Positions 16,160 through 25,404 of a stretch of 32,015 bases of DNA are shown here, piece by piece. Under the pieces are notes generated by a model, which ran no database searches, was not told where the DNA came from, and saw only the letters and a list, made by a program, of their open reading frames with translations. The position numbers were made by a program, and so were the translations under genes. Origin of the DNA: Planctomycetota bacterium (GTDB lineage: Bacteria; Planctomycetota; Phycisphaerae; Phycisphaerales; SM1A02); the NCBI GenBank assembly GCA_046074745.1, contig JBJTOV010000110.1, positions 1-32,015 of the forward strand, written 5' to 3'. How positions within the stretch are numbered: position 1 is the first letter of the stretch; every line of letters starts with the position of its first letter.

Positions 16160-17521
16160 ATGCAGGACGAGGGCACGCATGGAGGCTCCCCCGATGGCAC
16201 TCGCACCGAGGCGGAGAACCGCCCGAAGAACGGGGTCGATCTGCGCACGGCGCACCTCTGGCACTTCCAGCCCATCCGCGACGCGCTCGTCATCGCCGCG
16301 GTGTGCCTGACGATCTACGCGGGATACGCCATGCGCACGGTCACCGTGCCGCTGCTGATCGCGCTGGCGCTGGCATACCTCGTCGATCCCGTGGTCACGC
16401 GCCTGGCGGCGATGCGCCGCATGAACCGGCCGGTGGCGGTGGGGCTGATCCTGACGGCGCTGTGCACCCTGATCGTGTCGGCGGCCGCGCTCGTGATCCC
16501 GCTTGCGGTCGGGCAGACGCTCGAGTTCGCGAAGAACCTGCAGGACGGTCGGTACGACGGAACGATCGACCGCGTCGTCGAGACGCTTCCCGAGGAGTAC
16601 CGCGAAGGCGTCCGTGCGCTCGTGCAGCGCGTGGTGCACCCTGTGGAGCAGGTCGTCGACGGCGCCATGGCGCCGAGGGTCGGCGCGAAGTCCGACGCAG
16701 CGCACGAAGCGCCGCCTGCCGAAGGAGACGGTGCGGGCGGCGCGTCGGAGCCCGCCGCGACCGATCTTCCGGCGGTGACGCCTGCCCAGGTCGCTCCGTA
16801 CGCCGATCCGATTCTCTCGCTGCTCGGTGCGGGCGCAAGCCGCGTGTGGAACTTCCTGCTCGGCGTGCTGCAGCTCGGGCTCGTCGTGTTCCTGATCCCG
16901 TTCTACTTCTACTACTTCAGCGTGCACTGGCCGAAGATCAAGCAGTTCTTCGCCGACCTGGTGCCCGACGAGCATCAGGGGCGCGTCTTCTCGGTGGCCG
17001 CCGAAATGGACCGCGCCGTCGCGGGCTTCGTACGCGGCCGCATCGTGATCTGCGCCTTGATGGGCGTGATGTTCGCGGTGGGCTGGCAACTGTGCGGCGT
17101 GCCCTACGGCATCGCGCTCGGGCTGCTGACGGGCGTCTTCTCGATCGTTCCCTACCTCGGCGGCGTCGGCGTGCCGTTCGCGATCGGCCTGCTGATGGCC
17201 GATCAGTTCGCCGACGCGCCCGAGATGCGCATGCCGCTCTGGGGCATGTTCGCGTGGCCGCTCGCGGTGTTCCTGATCGTGCAGACGATCGAGGGCTACA
17301 TCCTGACGCCGATCATCGCGGGCAAGGCCACCAACCTCGATCCCGTCACGATCGTGGTCGCCATCCTCGCGGGCGGCTCGGTGGCGGGGGTGTACGGCAT
17401 GCTGCTTGCGATTCCGATCGCGGCATGCGGAAAGATCGCAGCGAAACGGATCCTGCTGCCGCGGCTGCGCGCGTGGGCGCGCGGCGCGGTGTCCGATCCG
17501 CTGCCGCTCGATGCGCAGTGA
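16160..17521 (+). CDS. AI-2E family transporter (PerM/YhhT, UPF0118)
   Basis: Multi-TM protein with family-typical segments: LLIALALAYLVDPVV, RGRIVICALMGVMFAVGWQLCGVPYGIALGLLTGVFSIVPYLG, ILTPIIAGKATNLDPVTIVVAILAGG..AGVYGMLLAIPIAA. The start is uncertain between ATG 16160 and the track's GTG 16064. A roughly 60-aa Ala/Pro-rich loop insertion is present. Confidence 0.85.
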   Translation: MQDEGTHGGSPDGTRTEAENRPKNGVDLRTAHLWHFQPIRDALVIAAVCLTIYAGYAMRTVTVPLLIALALAYLVDPVVTRLAAMRRMNRPVAVGLILTALCTLIVSAAALVIPLAVGQTLEFAKNLQDGRYDGTIDRVVETLPEEYREGVRALVQRVVHPVEQVVDGAMAPRVGAKSDAAHEAPPAEGDGAGGASEPAATDLPAVTPAQVAPYADPILSLLGAGASRVWNFLLGVLQLGLVVFLIPFYFYYFSVHWPKIKQFFADLVPDEHQGRVFSVAAEMDRAVAGFVRGRIVICALMGVMFAVGWQLCGVPYGIALGLLTGVFSIVPYLGGVGVPFAIGLLMADQFADAPEMRMPLWGMFAWPLAVFLIVQTIEGYILTPIIAGKATNLDPVTIVVAILAGGSVAGVYGMLLAIPIAACGKIAAKRILLPRLRAWARGAVSDPLPLDAQ

Positions 17522-17534
17522 ACGCGACAGGCGA

Positions 17535-17570
17535 GGTTCGACACGAAGCACGGGTTCGACACGAAGCACG
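17535..17570 (+). repeat. perfect 18-bp tandem duplication GGTTCGACACGAAGCACG x2 between the transporter stop codon and the murE start codon
   Basis: Direct reading of 17535-17552 and 17553-17570. It ends 9 nt before the murE ATG at 17580. Confidence 0.9.
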
Positions 17571-17579
17571 GATGCAACG

Positions 17580-19064
17580 ATGAAGCTCAGCACGATCCTC
17601 GAAGGTCTTCCCGTCCGCCGCTGCGATGCCTGCGACCCCGGCATCTGGAGCATCGTGGAGGACTCGCGCAAGGCCCGCGACGGCGCGCTGTTCGTGGCGC
17701 GCGCAGGCACCAAGGCCGATGGCTCGGCGTTCCTCGCCGATGCGCTCGGGCGCGGCGCGGCGGCGGTCGTGTGCGCGACGGGCACGCCGCGTCCCGCGTC
17801 GCTGCCGCCCCATGTGGCGTGGGTCGAGGCTGACGAGCCCGCGCTGGTCGCGGCGCTCGCGGGCGAGCGCTTCCACGGAAATCCCTCGTCGGCGCTCGAC
17901 CTCGTGGGTGTGACGGGCACGAACGGCAAGACGACGATCGCGTACCTCACGCAGCAGCTGTTCGCGGCTGCAGGCGTGCGCTGCGGCCTCGTGGGCACGG
18001 TCGAGATCGACGACGGCAAGAACCGCGTGCCTTCGGCGCTCACCACGCCGCCCGCGCTCGAGCTGAGCGAGCTCTTCGCGCGCATGCTCGAGCACGGCTG
18101 CCGCGCCGCCGCGATGGAGGTGTCGAGCCACTCGCTCGCGCAGCACCGCGTGGCCGCGCTGCGCTTCCGCACCGCGATCTTCACGAACCTGACGGGCGAC
18201 CACCTCGACTACCACGGCACGATGGAGCGCTACGCCGACGCGAAGGCCACGCTCTTCCGCATGCTCGACGAGTCGGGCACGGCCGTCCTCAACATCGACG
18301 ACCCTTGGCACAAGGCCATGATGCCGCCGCGCGCGAAGACGCTGACGACGAGCACGCTCGACCCGTCGGCCGACTGCCACGCCACCATCCACCGCATGGG
18401 CCTCGACGCCATGGATGTGACCTTCCGCGGGCCGTGGGGGCTGCTCGAGCTGCGCCTGCCGCTCGTCGGGCGCCACAACGCCATGAACGCGCTGCAGGCC
18501 GCGGCGGCCGCATGGTCGCGCGGCGTCGATGGCGAACGCCTCGGCCGCGCGCTTGCCACTTGCCAGGCGCCGCCCGGCCGCCTGCAGCCCGTGCAGGTCG
18601 GCGGGGCGGGCTTCAGCGTGCTGGTCGACTACGCCCACTCCGACGACGCGCTTGCCAATGTGCTGCGCGCGCTGCACCCGACCGTTCCGAGCGGTGGGCG
18701 CCTGCGCGTCGTGTTCGGCTGCGGCGGCGACCGCGACCGTACCAAGCGTCCGCGCATGGCCAAGGTCGCCTGCGAGGGCGCCGACGAGGTGATCGTGACC
18801 AGCGACAACCCGCGCACCGAAGACCCCGACGCGATCATCGCCGAGATCCTGACGGGCGTGCCCGCGGCCGATCGCGGCCGGGTGGCGGTCGAGTCCGACC
18901 GTGCGAAGGCCATCGCGCTCGCGGTGTCGACCGCGCGCGAGGGCGACATCGTGCTCATCGCGGGCAAGGGCCACGAGGACTACCAGATCATCGGTTCGGA
19001 GAAGCGCAGCTTCGACGACCGCCGCGAGGCGGAGCTGGCGCTGCGCGGGCGCCTCGCGAAGTGA
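17580..19064 (+). CDS. murE: UDP-N-acetylmuramoyl-L-alanyl-D-glutamate--2,6-diaminopimelate ligase
   Basis: 494 aa from ATG 17580 (MKLSTILEGL...). It has a Mur ligase P-loop GVTGTNGKTT and the DNPR motif (VTSDNPRTEDP) typical of meso-DAP-adding MurE, plus IAGKGHEDYQ. The track ORF starts 58 codons upstream, inside the preceding gene and the repeat. Confidence 0.93.
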   Translation: MKLSTILEGLPVRRCDACDPGIWSIVEDSRKARDGALFVARAGTKADGSAFLADALGRGAAAVVCATGTPRPASLPPHVAWVEADEPALVAALAGERFHGNPSSALDLVGVTGTNGKTTIAYLTQQLFAAAGVRCGLVGTVEIDDGKNRVPSALTTPPALELSELFARMLEHGCRAAAMEVSSHSLAQHRVAALRFRTAIFTNLTGDHLDYHGTMERYADAKATLFRMLDESGTAVLNIDDPWHKAMMPPRAKTLTTSTLDPSADCHATIHRMGLDAMDVTFRGPWGLLELRLPLVGRHNAMNALQAAAAAWSRGVDGERLGRALATCQAPPGRLQPVQVGGAGFSVLVDYAHSDDALANVLRALHPTVPSGGRLRVVFGCGGDRDRTKRPRMAKVACEGADEVIVTSDNPRTEDPDAIIAEILTGVPAADRGRVAVESDRAKAIALAVSTAREGDIVLIAGKGHEDYQIIGSEKRSFDDRREAELALRGRLAK

Positions 19065-19128
19065 CGCGCGGGGGCATTTCGTTTCGGTTCCGTGCGCGGC
19101 CGTCCCGCGCGCGATGGGAGCAAGCGTG

Positions 19129-20586
19129 ATGGCGAGCGTCTACCGCGTCCACAGTCCGTGCTTTCAGGCGATCGTGCTGGCGACCCGCGCCGAGGTGCTT
19201 GCGCGGCCCACTCGCGAAGTGTCGTGGCTGACCACCGACACCCGCGCCGACCTTTCCGACGCCTGCTTCGTGGCCCTGAAGGGCGAGCAGTTCGACGGGC
19301 ATGCGTTCGTGGCGGCCGCGGCCAAAGGCGGCGCGGTGATGGCGCTGATCGAGCACGACCTGACCGCGGCGGATCTCGCGGCCCTACCCGAGGGTTTCGG
19401 CCTGCTGAAGGTCCGCTCGACGCGCGAGGCGCTCGGCCTGATCGCCCACTCGTGGCGGCGCAGCCTGCGCACGCTGCGCGTGGCGGCGGTCACGGGCAGC
19501 GCGGGCAAGACCACGACAAGGCGCCTGCTCGAGGGCATCCTGGCCGAGGTGGGGCCCACGCACGCCAGCCCGAAGAGCTTCAACAACGACATCGGCGTGC
19601 CGCTCACCCTGCTCTCGACGCCGCCCGAGGCGAAGTTCCTGGTGGCCGAGATCGGCATGAACCACCCCGGGGAGCTGCTGCCGCTGACCGAGATGGCCGA
19701 GCCCGAGGTCGGGATCGTGACCCTCGCGGGGCGCGCCCACCTCGAGGGCCTTGGGTCGGTCGAGGCGGTGGCGACCGAGAAGGCGTCGCTTCTCGCAGGC
19801 GTGCTGCCTGAGGGCGTTGCGGTCGCGAACGGCGACAACCCGCCGCTCGTCGAGGCGGTGCGTGCCCTCGAGGCGGCTGGCCGCGCGCCTTCGCGCCTTG
19901 TCTGGTTCGGCCACGGCTCGTCCTGCCACTACCGCCTGCTCGACCGGCAGGCAACCGCCGACGGTCAGCGCGTGCGGGTGCTCTGCCCCTCGCTTGGCCG
20001 GGAGCCGTTCGAGTTCACCCTGCGCATGGCCGGCGAGCACAACGCCCGCAACGCGCTGGCGGCGCTCGCGGCGGCCGCCGAGATGGGCATTCCGTTCGCG
20101 GCGATCGCGCGCGGGCTTGCCCGCGTCGAGGCGTCGGACATGCGCCTCGAGCGCCTCGACATCGGCGGGCGCACGGTGTTCAACGACGCCTACAACGCAA
20201 ACCCCGACGCCATGATCGCGTCGCTCAAGGCCTTCGCCGAGCTGACGGCGGGGGTGGGGCGGCGGGTCGTGGTGCTTGGCGAGATGCGCGAACTTGGCCC
20301 GACGGCCGCCGAGCTGCACGCCGAGGTCGGCCGCCATGCCGCGGCCCACTTGGCGGCGTCGGACGCGCTGGTCGCGGTCGGCCCGCACGCGGCGGCGCTC
20401 GCCGACGCGGCCCGTTCGGCGGGATTCGCGGGCGAAACGCTGGTCGCCGCCTCGTTCAGCGAGCCTTTCGCGGCCGAGGCGGCGGCGCTCATGCCCGTCG
20501 GCGCGGCGGTTCTCCTCAAGGGCAGCCGAGGGGCCCGCATGGAGCGGTTCGTCGAGCCGCTGCGGGTGGCGTTCGCGCACGCCTGA
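19129..20586 (+). CDS. murF: UDP-N-acetylmuramoyl-tripeptide--D-alanyl-D-alanine ligase
   Basis: TTDTRADLSDACFVALKGEQFDGHAFVAAAAKGGAV, P-loop VTGSAGKTTT, NDAYNANPDAM, LKGSRGARME. ATG 19129 has GGGAG 8 nt upstream; ATG 19114 is an alternative start. Confidence 0.92.
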   Translation: MASVYRVHSPCFQAIVLATRAEVLARPTREVSWLTTDTRADLSDACFVALKGEQFDGHAFVAAAAKGGAVMALIEHDLTAADLAALPEGFGLLKVRSTREALGLIAHSWRRSLRTLRVAAVTGSAGKTTTRRLLEGILAEVGPTHASPKSFNNDIGVPLTLLSTPPEAKFLVAEIGMNHPGELLPLTEMAEPEVGIVTLAGRAHLEGLGSVEAVATEKASLLAGVLPEGVAVANGDNPPLVEAVRALEAAGRAPSRLVWFGHGSSCHYRLLDRQATADGQRVRVLCPSLGREPFEFTLRMAGEHNARNALAALAAAAEMGIPFAAIARGLARVEASDMRLERLDIGGRTVFNDAYNANPDAMIASLKAFAELTAGVGRRVVVLGEMRELGPTAAELHAEVGRHAAAHLAASDALVAVGPHAAALADAARSAGFAGETLVAASFSEPFAAEAAALMPVGAAVLLKGSRGARMERFVEPLRVAFAHA

Positions 20587-20643
20587 CCACGGCGAGAACT
20601 TTGCACCGCGCCCCGCGCGAAACCCGATGAATTCGGCCGCGAC

Positions 20644-21834
20644 ATGCTTTACATCCTGACGACGCGATTCCAGGAATGGCTCGACTCGGTCGGCTTGTAC
20701 CGTGTCATCCAGGTCTTCACGCAGCTCGAGTTCCGCGCGATCGCGGCCGTGCTGATGTCGTTCTTCTTCGTGATCGCGTTCGGGCCCCGCACCATCGCGC
20801 GCCTGCGCCGCCTGAAGGTGGGCGACAACCCCGAGTTCTACAACGACACGCTGAACGCGATGAACCAGGGGAAGAAGGACACGCCCACGATGGGCGGCAT
20901 CCTGATCATCGCGTCGATCCTGTCGTCGCTCCTCCTCTTCTCCGACATCCTGGTGTCGCGCCATGTGCACCTCGCCATCGTGCTCATGCTGGTCATGGCG
21001 GGGCTCGGCGCGTTCGACGACTGGCTGAAGCTCACCGCGGCTCGCCGCGGCACGGGCACGCGCGAGGGCCTGTTCGCGTGGGAGAAGCTCGTCTTCCAGC
21101 TCGGTATCGCGGGCCTGGTGTCGGCGTTCCTCTACGGCGCAAGCGATCCGACGGGCAACCCCGCCGCGGTGTCGATGAACCTGCCGTTCCAGCGCACCTA
21201 CGAGCCAAGCTCGATCGGGTCGATCACGGGCGTGGTGCTCAACCCGAATGTCTGGGTGATGGGCTTCGCGCCGTTCGTCGTGTTCGGCACGCTGTGGATC
21301 GCCGGCACCTCGAACGCGGTGAACATCGCCGACGGCATGGACGGCCTCGCCGCGGGCACCATGACCATCGCCAGCCTGGTGCTGATGATCCTGTGCTGGA
21401 TCGCGAGCAGCCAGTCGGCGGCGCACTACCTGCTCGTGCCGCATGTTCCCGCGGCCAAGGAGCTGATGGTGGTCGCGGGCGCCATGGCGGGCGCGTGCCT
21501 CGGGTTCCTGTGGTTCAACTGCAACCCCGCGCGCGTCTTCATGGGCGACACGGGGTCGCTGCCGCTCGGGGCGCTGCTCGCCTACCTCGCCGTGGCGATC
21601 CGCCAGGACTGGCTGCTGCCCCTGATCGCGGGCATCTTCTACCTCGAGCTCTCGAGCAGCGCGATGCAGGTCGGCTACTTCAAGCTCACCAAGGGCAAGC
21701 GCATCTTCCGCTGCGCGCCCATCCACCATCACTTCCAGCTCGGTGGCTGGGGAGAGAACCAGGTGGTGGTGCGGTTCTGGATCATCGCCGCCATGCTCGG
21801 GGCGATGGCGCTCGTGTCGGTGAAGCTTCGCTGA
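20644..21834 (+). CDS. mraY: phospho-N-acetylmuramoyl-pentapeptide transferase
   Basis: KKDTPTMGGILII, DDWLKL, NAVNIADGMDGLAAG, FMGDTGSLPLGA and APIHHHFQLGGW are all canonical MraY motifs. Confidence 0.96.
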   Translation: MLYILTTRFQEWLDSVGLYRVIQVFTQLEFRAIAAVLMSFFFVIAFGPRTIARLRRLKVGDNPEFYNDTLNAMNQGKKDTPTMGGILIIASILSSLLLFSDILVSRHVHLAIVLMLVMAGLGAFDDWLKLTAARRGTGTREGLFAWEKLVFQLGIAGLVSAFLYGASDPTGNPAAVSMNLPFQRTYEPSSIGSITGVVLNPNVWVMGFAPFVVFGTLWIAGTSNAVNIADGMDGLAAGTMTIASLVLMILCWIASSQSAAHYLLVPHVPAAKELMVVAGAMAGACLGFLWFNCNPARVFMGDTGSLPLGALLAYLAVAIRQDWLLPLIAGIFYLELSSSAMQVGYFKLTKGKRIFRCAPIHHHFQLGGWGENQVVVRFWIIAAMLGAMALVSVKLR

Positions 21835-21865
21835 CGCAGCGGCTCCGAGCGCGTACCCTGCCCGC

Positions 21866-24223
21866 ATGGCATGGAAGCCAAGCCGTGACGCAGCCGAATC
21901 GGGTCGCGGCGCCTTCGGGCGCTTCGAACGCCGCATGGCTGCGCTGGCCGTGCTGGGGCTGCTCGTGGTCTCGGCGATCGCGCTGCAGCTCGCGCGGCTC
22001 TCGCTCGTCGAGCACGAGCGTCATCGCGCAAGCGTCGAGCGCTATCTGACCACCACGAAGCTGCTGCCCGCGCCGCGCGGCAGGATCCTCGACCGGCGCG
22101 GCGAGGTGCTGGCCGCCGACCGCGCGAGCTGGGATGTGCTGCTTCACTACGACGCCATCACGGGCGCGTGGTCGAGCGACCGCGCGCGCCGCGCGCTGGT
22201 GAAGGAGATGGGCCGACCCGCGTGGCTCGAGCTGTCGGGCGCCGAGCGCGCGGCCGCGATCGTGCGGCGCCAGGAGGAGTTCGACGCGAAGCTCGAGCAG
22301 GTGTACGAGCGGCTCGCCGAGGCGGGCGGCGTTCCGCGGTCCGAGATCGACACGCGCCTCGACGCCGTGGTGGCGCGCGCGGCGCGCGAGGTGAAGTCGC
22401 GCAAGGAGGCGATGCTCGCGCGCGCGACGGCGCTCGAAGGCGAGGACGCGCGGCTCTCCGACCTCGACCGCGAGCGCGTGCACGCGCAGGACGAGGAGCA
22501 TGTCATCCTCTCCGATGTGGGCGACGAGACGGCGTTCGCGTTCCAGCGGATGGCGGAGGATCTGCCGGGCGTGCTCGTGGTCGAACCTTCGATGCGGCGC
22601 GTGCGGCCGTGGGAGCAGGTGCGCTTCAGCCTGCCGCGCGACGGGTTCCCTCCGCCGATCCGCTCGCGCACCGACGCCGACATCGTGCTCGACGGCGTGG
22701 CCGACCACATCGTGGGCTCGACGCGCACGCAGGTGTTTCCCGAGGATCTCGCGCGGCGGCCGCTGCTCGACCCCGTGACGCGCGAGGTGGTCGACCGCGG
22801 TGGATACCGCAGCGACCGCGATGTGATCGGCGCGAGCGGCATCGAGCGCCGCGCCGAGGACCTGCTGCGCGGCACGCGCGGCGTCGTCGAGCGCGACCTC
22901 GAGCGCGGCACCGAGGAACGGATCGAGGCCGAACAGGGCCGCGATGTCGTGCTCACCATCGACATCAGGCTGCAGGCGCGGCTGCAGGCGCTGTTCGCGC
23001 CCGAGTCGCGGCTGGCGACCATCCAGCAGTACCAGCGCGGATTCGACCCCGAGGGGAACCCGCGCAGCGGACCGCTGCCGATCGGGTGGGAGCTCGACGG
23101 CGCGATCGTGGTCATCGAGGTTGCGACGGGCGAGATCGTGGCGGCGGTGAGCTCGCCCACGATCGCCGAGGGTGTCGCGATGTCGACCGAGCGGCGCGAG
23201 CGCGAGAAGCCGGGCATCTTCCGGCCGTTCGACGCGGTGTATCCGCCGGGTTCGATCCTGAAGCCGCTCGTCCTGTGCGCGGCGGTCGCCGAGGGGGTCG
23301 TGCGGCCCGACGAGGCGATCGAGTGCAAGGGCCACTACTTCCCCGAGCGCAACGACGCGGCGCGCTGCTGGATCTACCGCGCGAACGAGGGCCGCACCGC
23401 GACCCATGGGCCGCTCGACGCGGCGGGTGCGCTGGCGCGCAGCTGCAACATCTACTTCTACGCGCTCGCCGCGCGGCTTGGGCCCGACCGTCTGGTCGCG
23501 TGGCTCAGGCGCTTCGGCATGGCCGAGATCCCCGACGCGGGCCTTGCCTTCAGCCAGCGCGGGGCCGATGGAGCGGTGCGCGTTCTGGGCGAGGCCGCGG
23601 GCAGCGTGCCAGACGACGCGGCCATCGCGCGCGCCATCGAGAAGCGCGACCGCATGTCGGTGATCCTGCTCGGGATCGGGCAGGGCGCGCTCACCTGGTC
23701 TCCGCTGCAGGCGGCGCAGGCCTATGCGACGCTCGCCCGCGGCGGCAAGGTGATTCCCGCGCATCTCGTGCGGGGGGTCGGGCGCGGTGAAGTCGTGCGC
23801 GATCTCGGGATCCCGCGCGAGGCGATCGCGGCCGCGATGGCCGGGCTGCGCGCCTCGGTGCGCGAGAACTACGGCACGGGCCACCATCTCACGCTCGAAG
23901 GCGGCGCACGGGACGAGCTCTTCGACATTCCCGGCGTCGAGATGTGGGGCAAGACGGGCACGGCGACGGCGCCGCTTCTTGGCCTCGATGCCGATGGCGA
24001 CGGGCGCGACGACGAGCGCGTGCGCACCGACCACGCGTGGTTCGTGGGCATGGCGGGGCCAGCGGGCGGTGCGCCGCAGTATGCGATCGCGGTGGTGCTC
24101 GACCACGGCGGTTCGGGCGGCAAGGTGGCCGGCCCTGTGGCGGCTGAAACGGTGCGCGCTCTCGCGGCCGAAGGCTACCTTGGCGCGCAGGCGCGGGGCA
24201 GCGGGGGGAACGCCCTCGAATGA
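21866..24223 (+). CDS. mrdA: class B penicillin-binding protein (transpeptidase), PBP2/MrdA-like rather than FtsI-like
   Basis: N-terminal TM, then APRGRILDRRGEVLA and IGASGIERRAEDLLRG. Active-site motifs are SILK (PPGSILKP), SCN and KTGT. DHAWFVGMAG...AIAVVLDHGGSGG resembles PBP2. The ortholog call (mrdA versus ftsI) is a by-eye judgement. Confidence 0.85.
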   Translation: MAWKPSRDAAESGRGAFGRFERRMAALAVLGLLVVSAIALQLARLSLVEHERHRASVERYLTTTKLLPAPRGRILDRRGEVLAADRASWDVLLHYDAITGAWSSDRARRALVKEMGRPAWLELSGAERAAAIVRRQEEFDAKLEQVYERLAEAGGVPRSEIDTRLDAVVARAAREVKSRKEAMLARATALEGEDARLSDLDRERVHAQDEEHVILSDVGDETAFAFQRMAEDLPGVLVVEPSMRRVRPWEQVRFSLPRDGFPPPIRSRTDADIVLDGVADHIVGSTRTQVFPEDLARRPLLDPVTREVVDRGGYRSDRDVIGASGIERRAEDLLRGTRGVVERDLERGTEERIEAEQGRDVVLTIDIRLQARLQALFAPESRLATIQQYQRGFDPEGNPRSGPLPIGWELDGAIVVIEVATGEIVAAVSSPTIAEGVAMSTERREREKPGIFRPFDAVYPPGSILKPLVLCAAVAEGVVRPDEAIECKGHYFPERNDAARCWIYRANEGRTATHGPLDAAGALARSCNIYFYALAARLGPDRLVAWLRRFGMAEIPDAGLAFSQRGADGAVRVLGEAAGSVPDDAAIARAIEKRDRMSVILLGIGQGALTWSPLQAAQAYATLARGGKVIPAHLVRGVGRGEVVRDLGIPREAIAAAMAGLRASVRENYGTGHHLTLEGGARDELFDIPGVEMWGKTGTATAPLLGLDADGDGRDDERVRTDHAWFVGMAGPAGGAPQYAIAVVLDHGGSGGKVAGPVAAETVRALAAEGYLGAQARGSGGNALE

Positions 24224-25404
24224 GCCCGTCGCGCTACACGGCCACGGCGCTCTACGCGGGATCCGCGGGCGGCGGCGCCCGGCGACTGCGGCTCGCGACG
24301 CCTGCGTGGATCGCGGTGGGCGCGGCGCTCTTTCTTTCGCTGCTCGGGATCTCGGCGATCGCGGTCACGCGGCCCGAGCTCGCGGCGCGGCAAGGCGTGT
24401 ATCTCGCGATCGGCGTCGGCTGCGCGCTGCTGGCCACGCTGGTTCCGCCGCGGCAGGCGCGCGTCCTGTGCTGGTTCGTGCTCGCGGTGGCGCTCGCGCT
24501 TCTCGTGTTCGTCCTGCTTCCCTTCGTGCCGCGCTCGATCGTCACGCCGCGCAACGGCGCGCGTGCATGGATCAATCTCGGCGCGTCCGACTTCCAGCCG
24601 TCCGAACTGGCGAAGATCGCCTTCATCATGTGCATGTCGCAGTGGCTTGCCCTGCACGGGGCGCCGCGCACGCTGCGCGCGCTCGCCATGCCCGCCGTGC
24701 TCTTCGCGGTGCCCGTCGGGCTGATCGTGCTCGAGCCCGACCTCGGAAGCGCGCTCCTCTTCGTGCCCACGGTGCTCGCGATGCTGCTCGCCGCGGGCGC
24801 GCGGATGCGCCATGTGCTGCCGGCGCTGGCGGCGGCCGCCGTGCTCGCGCCCATCGCGTACTTCGCGGTGCTCAAGCCGTACCAGCGGGCGCGCATCGAT
24901 GCGATCGTGGCGCAGGTGAAGGGCGACACGCGCTTCGAGCGCGACATCGGGTTCCAGGGGTGGCGGGCGATGCGGCTTGTCGGCGCGGGGGGCGCGTTCG
25001 GAAACGACGCGGCGCATGCGAAGGCGCTCATCGTGCGCAACGCGCTGCCCGAGGAGCACAACGACATGATCTTCGCGGTCGTGGGCTGCAGGCACGGATT
25101 CGTCGGAGGTGCGGCGGTGCTGCTTGCGTATGCGCTCTTCGCGGTCTCCGCGATCGCGGTGGCGCTCTCGGTGCGCGACGGATGGTCGAAGCTGGTGGCG
25201 GTCGGCATCGGCGCGCTTCTCTTCGGGCAGATGGCCGTCAACATCGGGATGACGGTGGGATTGCTCCCGATCACGGGCGTGACGCTGCCCTTCGTCAGTT
25301 ATGGTGGCAGCAGCCTGCTTGCGTGCTGGACGCTGGTCGGGCTCCTCCTTGGAATCGGAATCAGGCCGCCGACGGGTGGCGAGAAGGACCCCTTCGATGG
25401 CTGA
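24220..25404 (+). CDS. rodA: SEDS-family peptidoglycan glycosyltransferase (RodA/FtsW/SpoVE family)
   Basis: Ten-TM-type protein with QPSELAKIAFIM, LEPDLGSALL, LPEEHNDMIFAVVG and LPITGVTLPFVSYGGSSLL. Its ATG overlaps the PBP stop codon (ATGA at 24220-24223). I prefer rodA over ftsW only because of the pairing with a PBP2-like gene. Confidence 0.85.
   Translation: MSPSRYTATALYAGSAGGGARRLRLATPAWIAVGAALFLSLLGISAIAVTRPELAARQGVYLAIGVGCALLATLVPPRQARVLCWFVLAVALALLVFVLLPFVPRSIVTPRNGARAWINLGASDFQPSELAKIAFIMCMSQWLALHGAPRTLRALAMPAVLFAVPVGLIVLEPDLGSALLFVPTVLAMLLAAGARMRHVLPALAAAAVLAPIAYFAVLKPYQRARIDAIVAQVKGDTRFERDIGFQGWRAMRLVGAGGAFGNDAAHAKALIVRNALPEEHNDMIFAVVGCRHGFVGGAAVLLAYALFAVSAIAVALSVRDGWSKLVAVGIGALLFGQMAVNIGMTVGLLPITGVTLPFVSYGGSSLLACWTLVGLLLGIGIRPPTGGEKDPFDG

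Noticed and set aside
17535-17570. GGTTCGA motif (tRNA T-loop-like) occurring twice; I considered a tRNA or tRNA fragment.
   Set aside because: I could not draw a flanking acceptor, D or anticodon stem. The motif is just part of the 18-bp tandem unit. The same applies to GGGTTCGAC at 14372-14380.
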